From contig JALMLS010000237.1 in NCBI GenBank assembly GCA_038496445.1, positions 1-64,000 on the forward strand: 64,000 bases of DNA. The letters are read 5' to 3'. The notes below the pieces were generated by a model that saw nothing but the letters and a program-made list of their open reading frames with translations, was not told the DNA's origin and did not search any database. Shown piece by piece: positions 49,964 to 62,000 of this stretch. The position numbers and the translations under genes are program-made. Within the stretch, counting starts at the first letter, position 1. Each line of letters starts with the position of its first letter. The stretch is from Trichosphaerium sp. ATCC 40318 (Eukaryota > Protista > Tubulinea).

Positions 49964-51154
49964 CTAGTTCATAGCTCCCCATAATTGCCTTGATATGTAA
50001 GTAAAAACAGAATAAAATACTTTCGCCACATGTTGTACCTGTTTTTGAACATTTTCTCTTCTTCAGACACCTCATCGCTTGCAACATTCTTTGATGGTTT
50101 GGTTGGTATTTTAACTGTAATTACGTATTTTGCATTTGCTTGGAAATCTAACATAGTAAGTTAGTGCATTGCAATTCAGCTTTTTTTTGAATACCTTGGT
50201 GCACAACCAACTCATCACGTACAGCCTCATTGACTTTGTCTTTTGATACCACAATCCCGTGTTTGTCTACCAAGGCGTAGTGACTCTGGTACCCTGCTTT
50301 TACCGGCTCACCATTACTAAAGTTACCATCAGCAGTTGGCTTTTCTGTAACCTATTGAAATCACAAATGAATACAAAAGCTAGAAGATATTGGCGTACAG
50401 GATATGCATTACCCGGTGTGACTTGCGCCAAAACAAGAGTTTTCTCTTCATGGCCTGATGTATCATATGAGCAAGCATATTCAATGTTTCTCTAAATAAA
50501 CAATATGAGAAAGAAATAGGTGGGTTCATGTACCGTAAAGTAGATGCCTGTGCCATAGTACCCAGCAACTCTTACAAACCCTTCTAATACAATATCCTTA
50601 GCTCGTATTAGAGGTGTACCATGAACCATCAGTAAGACTGGTAGCTGAACAAATGATAAGATGATTCTATGGTGCTAGTATATGTTACCTCTTCCAAAGT
50701 GTTTGTACTTATGTTGTTATCCTTGATGAGAGCGTCAAACCTAGCCCTTATTTCTTTTCTAGGACTAATTGTGTCTTTCTTCCAATCATCCTTACAAAAT
50801 AGCTTAGGGGTATTTCTAAAAGAGTAAGTTCTTGTTGATTGAGAATGATGTTAAATGTACTGGTTTTTGCGTTTTTGTACTATATTAAAGTTCTTAAAGG
50901 GTCCATTAAAGACATCATTGTGTACACGAAAAGCTTTCAAAACAGTGACTTGACTGTATCCAGGCATTTTTGACAACTGTTGATGAAGCAACTCAAGTTC
51001 TTTTTTGGCCTCTGTGGTGTCATCTAGTAAGTTCAAAACTGAGCACTCTCCTGTTGGAAGCTTCGCTAATTCGCCTACAATGGAAGAGGTAAATTACTCA
51101 CAGGAAGATATCACGTTCTTGCTACTAACCTTCTAATGTTAGAGTTTCAGACAT
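49964..51154 (-). CDS. Stand-alone PARP-like (ARTD, H-Y-E) ADP-ribosyltransferase, multi-exon
   Basis: LLMVHGT, GYYGTGIYFT, YACSY, LVLAQVTPG and DELVV motifs in correct order after splicing. Confidence 0.8.
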
Positions 51155-51329
51155 TGTAACGTTTGTTTGATGGTAGATGAAATGGCTAAAACTTAAAGAC
51201 GCTCAATCAGAGAACACATGTTGAAGAATACTGTTCAATAATTGGTCTTACCAGTGCGATTGGTATATAGTACTTACCTACTAGCTAATCCCGTCTGATA
51301 AACAAGCGTAGTAAAGCTAACTTAACTTA

Positions 51330-51850
51330 GATCCTTGTTACATTCAGAGAATACGGATTGAAGATTACTGTTCAGTTATTGCGATTTGCCATTGTGTAGT
51401 CGAACTTGGTTGCTAGTGCTTGGGCCAAACAACACCTGGAATACAAATTTTTTCATTAAAGGGCGAGTAGAAAGTGTAGTGGGATATTTCATATGAAACC
51501 AACAAAAATTTTGTCGGAAAACCTCTTTTCTCTCCTCCTCAACCCATAGTTAGTTCCTCATGTTGTCCATTCTCATACCATACTTTACTTACGCTGTGTT
51601 GTTTATCATTTTGTACCATTGAATCCTCATTCCTTTATGTTGCAATGTTTCATTAAAATGTTAAAAGGGAAAATCTGCAAGTGTTTTTTTCTCAATAAAT
51701 ACTGCATAATCTTCCCCGGTTGGAATATCCAGAGAATAACCCAATTTAACATATTTGTTTCGGCTTCGTAACATCAGACTGAAGTAAAATATGGTAGAAC
51801 TGTATTTTATCGAAGAAATCCTGGTATCTATTGACAAAACTGGCATTGGA
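51330..51850 (-). pseudogene. Decayed MORN-repeat gene, paralogous to 15322-16107
   Basis: HFNETLQHKGMRIQWY (compare HFDESLERKGEWISWY) and KVWYENGQ lie in different frames with stops between them. Confidence 0.55.
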
Positions 51851-52199
51851 TTGTAAGTTTTCGAAATTAAACAATAAAGGGCATTGTTATTGAAGCAAAA
51901 TGATGCGTAGAAAACTATGAAACAGTAGGTTTATCTTGATACAAGAGATACTTCGTGCCTTGAGTTGAGCAAACTTTGTGAACGCTACCTGGTTGGTTCT
52001 TGTAATGGGTCGTTTTTTTGTTACCGTAACTCCTTTTTAGATTTGTATGACATGTGCATTGTTCAGCCAGTCGTGCCTTTAAATTATGCTTTCTAATGGG
52101 GCCGTCATCGACAAACTTTCAAGTAACAATTCTGACATTGACACAGAATCTTTTTAAGCGCTTTTTCTCACTGCATTATCTGTGTAAGTTTCCATTGGT

Positions 52200-52436
52200 G
52201 ATTGTACAATGTATCTATGATACTATACTTGTAGTTGCAACAACATTTTGGAAGTTGTTACACTTGTGCTAACTTAAGTTATTTCAATAAAATTTATTTA
52301 AAAAGATGAAGTTGAGTTTATGCTTGCATCAAAGTTCGACAAAACTGTTGACCCAAAAAAGTGGTATTTCCATAACCTTAAAATAAGTCATTTAGTTCTA
52401 TTTAGGTGGGTACAACAACAATTAGATGCCCTAAGG
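52200..52436 (+). pseudogene. Decayed fragment resembling ATP-dependent DNA ligase motif I region
   Basis: MLASKFDKTVDPKKW, intron, WVQQQLDALR resembles LLA...DPxGWWMSEKLDGVR with the catalytic Lys lost; YYTCSC (SWIM-like) lies just upstream. Confidence 0.45.
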
Positions 52437-52495
52437 TATGTATTTGGTTATCCTTAGCGATTAAAAAATGATAGAGACTATGAGGACGATTTTGC

Positions 52496-52984
52496 CTACC
52501 TCCACCTAACTGGACGTTCTACACATTTAATACCCAATGACTCAATACCTTCACGTGTTATATCACAATACTCACCAATTTCAACAACCTTGAGCGACTT
52601 CATATACAATTCAAACGTTCATATACTAAACATAACAATATAATGTGATACTTCCAATTCTTCAAGGTTTACTAGTTTCTTCATACCTTCATCTGTAATG
52701 TCGAATAAACGAGCAAGTACTAGCTTTTTGACATTTTTCAACTCGACGATACCTGCATCTGTTATATCTCCGCTTAACTGAACCGTATGGACATTTGCGA
52801 GGTGTTTAAGCCATGAATCTTTTGCGTCCCACACTGTAATCTTATGTACACCCTTGAGTGCTTCTATACCTTTAACAGTGCAGCCAAATCTTGACTTATT
52901 CTTGTTGGACGTTCGAACTTTCCACGAAGAATACATGTACGCGTAGTAGTATCTCCGGATAAACCATTGCAAATTAGGCAACAT
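52496..52984 (-). pseudogene. Truncated LRR gene related to the F-box-LRR family
   Basis: GIEALKGVHKI, LANVHTVQLSGDITDAGIVEL, ITDEGMKKL and ITREGIESL repeats; no F-box, and the 3' frame is broken or spliced. Confidence 0.6.
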
Positions 52985-53473
52985 GCCAGTTTTGACTTGC
53001 AGACATTAATGGGGACGTACTCTAATTTTATTAGTTAGGCTATGCACATGCTCTAATTTTCTGATTTTAGACCATTATTGGCAGTACTTTTCATAGTCAC
53101 GTGTTTAGAAAAGTACCATTCTGTTAACAGTAATTTAAACGCAAAACAGCCATTGGTAACTTGTGAAACAAGAAAAAGAAAGTGGTAGCTCGATCACATG
53201 TTGACACCGAAACTGCCTAAACCCCTTCACATCAGAATTGCCCACTAAACTTACAATGCTGGCTTTGTATTTCTTATCAATGTTGTTACCTCTGATGTCA
53301 ACTGCCAAAGGGATTAGGTTCAAAGACAATCCTTATGCCAATTCTGTCACGAGGATAGGTGCGTGCAAGTTGTAGTTAATTATGTTTATTGAACTAAGTT
53401 ACATGATAGATGTCGTTACGTATGAAGATTGCAGTGTTTGCGTGGAGGTGCGAAACTGTGAATACAATGATTT

Positions 53474-54512
53474 TTACATGGTTTTTATGTTCTTCCTTGC
53501 TTTTCTTTTGCCCATAAAGGTATAGTATACACTTGAGGGAGTTGGTATCATTGCTGGGACCTCTTTTCTGTAAGTTTTATAAGATTCACCCCATACAGCA
53601 ATGAGTTTTTCTTCTTCGTGAGGGATTGCGAAATAAAGATAAACTACAATCAATGATACAAATAATAGCTTGTCACCAGTCATTATGGGAGAGACCATAA
53701 TGCTTGTTACCAGGCTAAAGTACATTGGATGACGAACAAGACCATAATAGCCTGTTGTGAGTAGTGTGCCAATAGCACGATCAGAGCATGTATCATCAAA
53801 TTCCTTATGTGTGGCACTAAGCTGAGAGAGACCAAAAAATACCTAAAAATCGTATTAGAATTTGGTGGGGAAAACGTGTTTGTTGCATACCATTAAGTCA
53901 AATCCGAAAAGAGATGTTCCAAAAATGATAAATCCAAGCACCAAAGTATAAATTTCTCTAAAAGCGCTTGTTAGCCACTAATCTACTATATTAAAATTTT
54001 ACATACGTGTTTGAATCTGTACCATCGATGATCCAAATGTCAATTCCAATTCTTTGCCAAAGTACCATAACAAGGAAAGCTGACCAAACTGCGAATACTG
54101 AAAATATCATACGTGTTAGTTGCTTGTAAAGTATCTAAGAACAAAAATGTCAGTCATGAAGATCAAGAAAGCATGGAAAAAGAAAGGTATATCTAGCAAT
54201 TGAATTTACAAGCTAATTAAATCTTTATAGAAGTACCTTGCTGATAACTGCTTGAATACTTTGCTTGGCTAGTAATGAATGTAGAAGACCCCACGTGAGA
54301 TACAGAGTTGTATTGAACAGAATTTTTTGAAGTACAGATGTTAATCCAAGATCAATGTTGATCGCTATTGGGATGAAGCTAGGCAAGTTCATACCCAGAA
54401 AAAACCAGGCAAAGAACGATAAAAACGTAGGCGCTGATAATGCCATGAGGATGTATCCTGTAATCTGACATAACAATGGCATTCGCTTTGTTTCGAGGAG
54501 ACTTGTTTCCAT
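53474..54512 (-). CDS. Nurim/MddA-like membrane protein (isoprenylcysteine carboxyl methyltransferase superfamily)
   Basis: WGLLHSLLA, VLWQ, FFGLSQ, GYYGLVRHPMY and EEEKL...YKTYRKEVP motifs. Confidence 0.8.
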
Positions 54513-55442
54513 GTGGTTTGTTGTTAGTAGATTTGTTATTTATGTCCTTGGTTGCTCAAAGTCTATTAGCATAATGGTTGCATACTTACTTCGCGAAGAT
54601 CCACGTGCTTCTCTGGACAGCACGATATTTCGGAGTTGAAAGCCAAAATTAGCTTAATGAACACATAATAAAATTGTTCACGTTTTTTGAGAATGTACTT
54701 AAACTGTTGCTTATAGCTCGTGCAAGCAAAATTACTTGTAGAACTAACTCTGCTACCTGAAAACCATGTCAGGATGTACTAAACGGACGAAACAGTAATG
54801 TTCAATGAATATTCTCTGAGTCACATTTTTTCACGCACGTGCGGTTTCTAAAAAGCTTTCCCAAAATTAGTGTACGGCAAATCAATTGCTTTCTCCAAAA
54901 TGTTGGTCGAGTTTTAGCGATGTAGACGTTCGCTAGGCACGTGCTTTTGAAAAATATAAAAACACCTTGTATTTGTACGCTACAGATTCAATGCTACCCA
55001 GCACGTCATGAATACTTGTAGGGTTGTATGATATTTAACCGTACGAAAACGTTACATTAATCTTTTATTAGACCACTGGACTTTTGCCACTCGTAGTAGT
55101 TTCCACGATTCAACTTATTACCAGAGCGGTTGACAAAATCACGTCAAAAATTGTTAAATGCACTTTGTATTGCGTTTGTACAAGTGCACGACTGGTTACT
55201 TCAACATAGACCTTAATTACAAACGGACAAACATGTAAAAAAGAAAGATCTCAGGCATGGTTTGTCCGATGACTGATTTCTTCATTCGTTATTGTGACCA
55301 TTCATTTTCTACAGATTTTATTGATACAACAGTTTCAAGATTTGCAATGTTTTTTAGTATAGTTGTTTAGTGATCATAAGTCTATCTAGATGCTCGTTTA
55401 CATTTTTTTGTTACACGGTTTTTTTTATCTTCTTGCGTCTTT

Positions 55443-56931
55443 TTAATCAGAATCAACAGACTCAGGACCATCAGAAGAAGGCTCAGAATCTTGCCCAGAA
55501 CAAGAATAATCAGAGCTTTGGCTATCACCTTTACACTCTAATGGGGAAAAGATGAGAAAACACAAACCAGCTCATTGAATAAAACTTGAGATTGAAATTG
55601 TTTTTTCTTGATTTCTCTTTTGTATTATAATTTATTCCAAAAAAGAACGTACCAGGACATGCATCACCATGCGCACAATTAAGACAAACCAACTCTCCGC
55701 ACTTCTCGCAATTTTTACCACATTTTGGAACACAAACATTAAAATCACAGAAATTACACAAATCAGCGTCTGCACCACCACATGTTTCGCATTTTACCAT
55801 AAAATCTCGACCACCACATGTAGGACATTCAGCGCACCTTGCACATTCATGACATGCATTTGTACCACATTTCTTGCAGTCTTCAATACAACTATTGCAT
55901 ATCTTCCTGTCAACTTCTTCACATAATGCTATAGCACATGTCTTTATACAAACACGACATATTCTATCACTACAACGTGTGCATCCTTCTATACATACTG
56001 CGCAAGTTACTTTATCACATGCAGCACATACTTGATGACAACCTAGAGTATAATAAGTGAGATTTGTGCAACAACAGGCCAAGAAAAAAAAAACAAAACA
56101 GAAAAAATAAAAAACGAGGTTAGAAAACCACTTTAGTTCCATTTGTTAGTTTGTGGCAATTCTACACGCGTGTGTGAATACATTAAAAGCGATTTAATAA
56201 ATAAAGGTTAAGCTGTAGGCGTAAAGATATTTTTTCATAAAAATCCGTAAAACAGCGTTTTGTTGTTTGTGGTAATTCTATACGCGTGTGTGTATACATT
56301 GTACGCTTTTTTAAAGCTGATAGTTACGCTGTAGCGTTATAAAAACCTTTTTTCAGAAAATAAATGCGAGATTGACACTACACCTTTGCATGCGAATCCA
56401 ATTGCTTCTGCTTCGTCATGTATGGCACAAAATGATCCAGCTGCCACACAATTTGTGCAAAAGTATTTTTTACATCCTCTACAACGGTCCCAAAGCAGTT
56501 TGTTTTCTGTACATTGAGTACAAGCCCTACCAATTTGGTTACGTCCTTTCAATACTCGTGAGGGCTTTTATCAACTTCGAGCACCATAAAACGGTGGTTA
56601 TGATCTAGATATGATGAACGTACTCTCCATAGAGAACGCAAATGCGTTTTGTTGGGATTTTGTCCGCACTATCGTATTTCAAGTCCAATCGTGCCGTTTC
56701 TTTAATAGATTGTAGTGTTACGCCCTTGGGTAGAGTTTTGGATGAAAATAAATGCAGCCATAGTTTTTCATCATCGCAAACGCTGTACAAGTGTTTTGAT
56801 ACCAATGCAGTGTGACACAGATCATTTGGAGCAACACGCATAAGCACCTGTACTAAAACGTTGTCTGGGAGCTCGACAAGCGTTTTAGGGCTAAAAGTGA
56901 CATCTGTAGCAGGTCGCTTTGTCTCCTGCAT
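55443..56931 (-). CDS. F-box protein with long CxxC-rich (B-box-like) repeat region (4 exons)
   Basis: LVELPDNVLVQVL...VSKHLYSVCDDEKLW F-box; dense CxxC array; acidic Ser-rich tail; TAA at 55443. Confidence 0.8.
56144..56368. repeat. Intronic tandem duplication, period about 116 bp
   Basis: Cores 56150-56184 and 56266-56300 match at 32 of 35 nt; flanks are more diverged. Confidence 0.8.
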
Positions 56932-57962
56932 TGACGTGAAACCAACAACAAAGAAAAAACTTAGCTATAACTGCACTCTAACTTAACTAGCCTCAAAAAT
57001 ACCACTGGAGCGATTTTACTAGCTCTTGCGCGACTTCACAAAGTGTTTTTATGAGAAACGCAACTCTTTGGCATTTGGATATGTCGACGTTATCAACTCG
57101 ACATTCTGTGAAATATCTAACGCCATAGTGCAGAGACGTCTTTCAACTTAGCGAAAAGTACAGGCTAATTTACTCGTGCTGTTTGAAGGGTACTTCTGTT
57201 TAGATGTAGTCAGCAGACGTAATGGAAAATAATGAGAAGAGATGAATTACAATTTTTCTGAGATACTGGATGTCTAGATATAATATTGTACGAAAGTATA
57301 GTAGTAAATTGCCGAGTAAATATTTGCCTCTTCTCCTTCAAGTTTTTGTTGCTGGATTGCTGAATTAGATAACATTAAAGCCTAGGTATCCACTTGTTTT
57401 TTTTTGTATTGCGAAGAGCAAGCTTTGTGTTTGTAGAAGGGAAAAAGCTAATTCAGCTTGCCGGTCGCCAACACGTGGCCTTTTATTATAAATAATTGTT
57501 TTAGGGCTCGATTGTTCTCTACTGTTGACGCTATTGGTAGCTAGAAGCGCTTATTCATACAACTTTTTCCCTGACAACTGAGCGAAACGGCATGAGTAGA
57601 CTCCGTGAGGAACTTGCTCAAAAAAGAATAGAATTAAAAATGACACAGTTTTTGTATCGGGTAAATAGTTTACTAGCGGACAAACTGTAAAAAAAACGTG
57701 CACAGGAGGGGAGTTTTATGATTGACGGTTTGGGGCACTTATAGAGGTTGGGGGGTAGTCAGAGCCGCGGTTGAGTTTCCACAACCAGCGCTAGGCTTTT
57801 TTTTCAAAGCGTCCTGCATTCTGTATTGTATTTGTTGTCACTACAGTTGATATCCGACAACCCAAAACCGGCCGAAGTGCCGTAAAACACGCAGTTTTCT
57901 CGAAGTTTCTACAAACAAAAAATACCAAAATATCAACCTACATACAACATCAGCAACACATC

Positions 57963-58684
57963 ATGAAAATAGCTCTATTATTGCTCCTTATTCTCGTTCC
58001 TTCTATCTATTGCGTATGCAGCAGTGGAAAGTTCGGTATAAAAACAAGAGACTCAGGAACAAGGTGCTCTATAACTATGTGCTACTCTGGTAAATGCTGC
58101 TCTTTCACTCCGGAATTCACACACACGCCCTATTGCTGTACTCCAGTTTCTACAGGGTACACCGGTAACAGATACATTGGATTCACGGACGAGCAGTGTA
58201 CAGACGACGGCGTTCAAATCCAGGAGATGAGATGGTACCTATTATTCTATTCTTTGAGTTTTAAAGTAGCAAACACCATTGGCTAACAATGACGTACAGG
58301 TATGGTGATGACCGTGACTTGTTCTACGATAACGAAGATGAGTGCCAAATTGGTAACAGAGGTTATCCAAGCGCCACAGGAACTAGGTTCTGGATTGACG
58401 GTGATGGTAACGGTGACTGTACTGGTGCTAGATTTAAAAAAAAGACATCATGGGGCAAAGCAGCTTGGAACATTTCAGCCAAATTGACCAGCGCTTATAG
58501 CGATTCAACATGCTCTCAAGGCCTACTCAATCCTGCTAATGGCGTATGCTGTGCATCAACATGCGGCTCATGTGGAGGTACCGGCTGTAGCCAGCGCCCT
58601 GGAGGTTCCAGCGACTGTTGTATTAATGCCATTATAAACGCTGGCAATAATTGTACATCCAATCATGCTCCATGTGTACTCTAA
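57963..58684 (+). CDS. Small secreted Cys-rich protein (2 exons)
   Basis: Signal peptide; intron at about 58234-58299; C-terminal module [27 protein letters not shown]...C...APCVL. Confidence 0.8.
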
Positions 58685-59026
58685 TGTAAATATATATTAC
58701 TCTTGAGTCTAGATTCATTTTCGAACCAAAAAAAAGGTGTTGTTTTAGTAGGAGACAACCAATGCGCAACAGATGGAGGGTGAAATTGAGTTGAGTGTAT
58801 CATACTTTTTACACGAGTGCAAAAATACAACTAACGATTATTTCTAATTTGTTTTTGACTTATTGTCAGAAAGGTGTGCTACACTTGTACTTTTATTTGG
58901 TCATATTGCTATGCTGAAACATACTTTCTATTTGAATAAAATCGAATATTGTTGGTATATTTGTAATTTGATTACAGTTTTTTATTATTTCACAAAGTAA
59001 TATTTTACAGCAATTTTTGATGATCT

Positions 59027-62000
59027 CTACTTCAAAGATTTTCGTCTTTTCTTAATCCTTATGACCTTTCTCTTTGGTTTTTTAGATATTACCTTCTTAG
59101 GGCTTTTCTCAGAAGCTCCTTTCTTTGTTTTGCTCTGCTTACTAGGTGTTTTCTTTTCACTTCCAGACTTTCTTCTCTTCTTGATTCTAATCACTTTTTT
59201 CTTTCTTTTTGGCTTTTGTACAGCCTCTACAGGCTTAGGATTAACTTCTGGTACAATCTCTTGCATTATAGAAGCGTCTTCATCATCATCTTCGTCATCA
59301 GAATCAAAAGACACTTCAGAACCAGAGTCCTCATCATCGCTATCCTCAAGCACGCGTCTATTCCTTACAGGCATTTCAAGAGGTGGAGTGTTCTCCTTGT
59401 CGCCTAAAAACAACAAAAGGTGAGAAGGAAAATCGTCTCAAAAAGCTCGGAGGGAAAAGAACCAAGAAGCTTACCGTGATCATCGAGCATGGCATCCAAA
59501 TCACCTAGCATATCTTCATCATCAGAGTCATCATTCCCAGCGTTTGATTCATCTATGCTCTTACGCAGCAACCTACGTTTCTTTCTCTGTGGCTCAGAAG
59601 AACCATCATTTCGTTTGCGTTTCGTTCTAGTATTTACTTTAATTTTTTGGTTTTTTGGCATTTGTATCGTACCCTGATGACTCAACTTCTGTAGGTTGAA
59701 CAATAACTGGTCCACGCTCTTTATTTTGATGTGTTTTACGAAGTTTATCAAAGATTGCTTTTCGTGCTTCTCCTTCAGATTCCTGAAACAAAAAAGTTAA
59801 GTCACATGCTAAAAGACAAGCTTGAAGAAATACTACATACCTCATCTTCCATATCAATATCTCCGCGTGTATCAAGCACCGACTCTCTGCTACGTTTCTT
59901 ACTACTAGTCGATTTTCTTGATCGTCGTGATGAGGATGCCTAGCAGTATACGTAAGGGTTGGAACTAAACAAAAAACCAGACAACAATTTTTATCATACC
60001 TCTTGAGATTCCATAGCCTTTCGAACTTTCCTCTCTTGTGCGTCAATATATTCTAGCTGGTCTCTAACACTATCAGGAATATCTGCATCCTAAAAAATCG
60101 TAAGGAGAAGCCTCTAACACTAACAAAAACCCTGAACTTACCTTTGGTATTTTACCCAATTCTTGAAGTTTCCTGAAGACATGACCTTCACTAATATTAG
60201 GAAGTCGCTCCAAGAATGATGCAGCAATAATCATATACAAGGTATCCTCTTCATTGTCAACCTTTGAGCTAAAACAGCCAATGAGATGAAACAGCTTCAA
60301 AAAAGAAAAAAAAAAGAACGCACTCTTTCCATTCTGCTATTAGTTGTCTTTCGAGTTCTGGTGTCCAGTTAACGCCAGACAGCTTATTCAGCCTTGTCTT
60401 TAATGTCTCGGCCTGTCTTTTCTTCTCGTTATTGTACTCTTCAAGTTCTTTTTCGAGGTCAAGGTCATCGTAGTTATCTAGAGGCTCTTCTTCGCCTTCT
60501 GGTATCGCTTCGTATTTTGATCCATCCGCACTAATTTTTTCACGTGAGTTGTTTTTCTTTGCATGCTTTTGTTGTTACATAGCACATAGAGCGCCTACGT
60601 ACTTCATAACCTCAAGAACATCTCTACGAGTAAGTGGGTATGCCACACGAGCAATAACAGCTGGGTTCAAGGACAAGATGTCGAGAAAATTGTGGACAAC
60701 CTACAAATGTTTTAATCTAAAACGTTCAAAAGGAATATGTTCGTACGGTTCTAACTGCTTTCTGTAGTCCAATGAGCACTTTAGATGGCTTCTCAGCGAG
60801 TATTCTATTGAACACGTACATAAAAGGTAACTACAGAAGAAATAAGGCATAAACAAGAACAACATATGTTAAGTGTAGAAAAAAAAAAACAGAAAAACTC
60901 ACATGGTACAAAACACCTTCCAACCCAATCATCGAAAAGTTCTCCACCATTGTTGCAATATGGTGGTTAGTATAAGGGTTGTTGGTGAGATACGTTTCAG
61001 CCAAAATCATATAGTTTGTAGCAATTCGATGAGTGCAATATCTTCGGACATAACTCTTTTCTTATGTGTCAGAACGTTTAGAAGCAGAATTACAAAAACT
61101 AACCCTGTAGTCGAATAGTTTATCGTTTGCGAATGTCTCAGCGCGATCTCTCCGCTCATCAGCTGCAGCATCATATTCAGCATTTTCTTCCCTTTGTAGA
61201 TCTGCTATGTCTTGAAGCTCAGTAGCTCTAGTTCCTAAACAAGAATTACAAAACGTGATTAGACTTCATTATTAACTTACCGCCTGTAGCATCACCTCTG
61301 CTCTTTTTCTTAACAATGAGGCTACTCTGATGGGTACCGTGTTGCTTTAAGAGTCTATGTAACCGGTGTACTAACTCTATCAAGGTCACCAAATACCTAA
61401 AAGGAAATCAGCGTGCGCCAATAGAAAAAACAAACAAACGTACTCTTTAGAGTTTTGGTTCGGCTTGTAAACACTCATCAAGTGTTGTACAGGCGCAAGT
61501 ACTGTTTCTACCTCGTAGAATATATTGGCTTGTATTGTTTGTGATATTCTATAACTTTCAGTATCATTCATTAGCGTCAAGGCACCGAGCTAAGTAAGAG
61601 CGTTAAACTTTCACTAAAGAAGAAAAATCTTTTCAAAAATGATGCCGTTCTGGCGTAGCACGTGGTTTTTTAAAAAATAGTTACCATTGCATTAAGCGCA
61701 GATACAGCTGCTTCAAGTTTCTTTGAATCACGACTCTCAGGTGAGACATATGTATTTATGTTTGAAGAAATAATACTGAATACATTCATGCCCATAGTAG
61801 ATCTACAAAAAAACATCAGCACTAGTACAACTCTCTACATTCAATTCTCGTCGCAACAACGTACCTAATTATTGATACGTCATATGTAGGTTCAAGCATA
61901 GCTTTGCCTATTTGAATCAAAGAGCGTCAGTAACCAACAAAAGCACTCAAAAAAAAAGTGTTGTATTCATTACCCTTTTTTTTACGCAACATATCTGCTG

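Noticed and set aside
23535-59677. Numerous 60-140 aa ORFs antisense to or overlapping genes (e.g. 23535+, 36553+, 55669+, 59061+, 59489+)
   Set aside because: Shadow frames of real exons or intron read-through, with no independent motifs.
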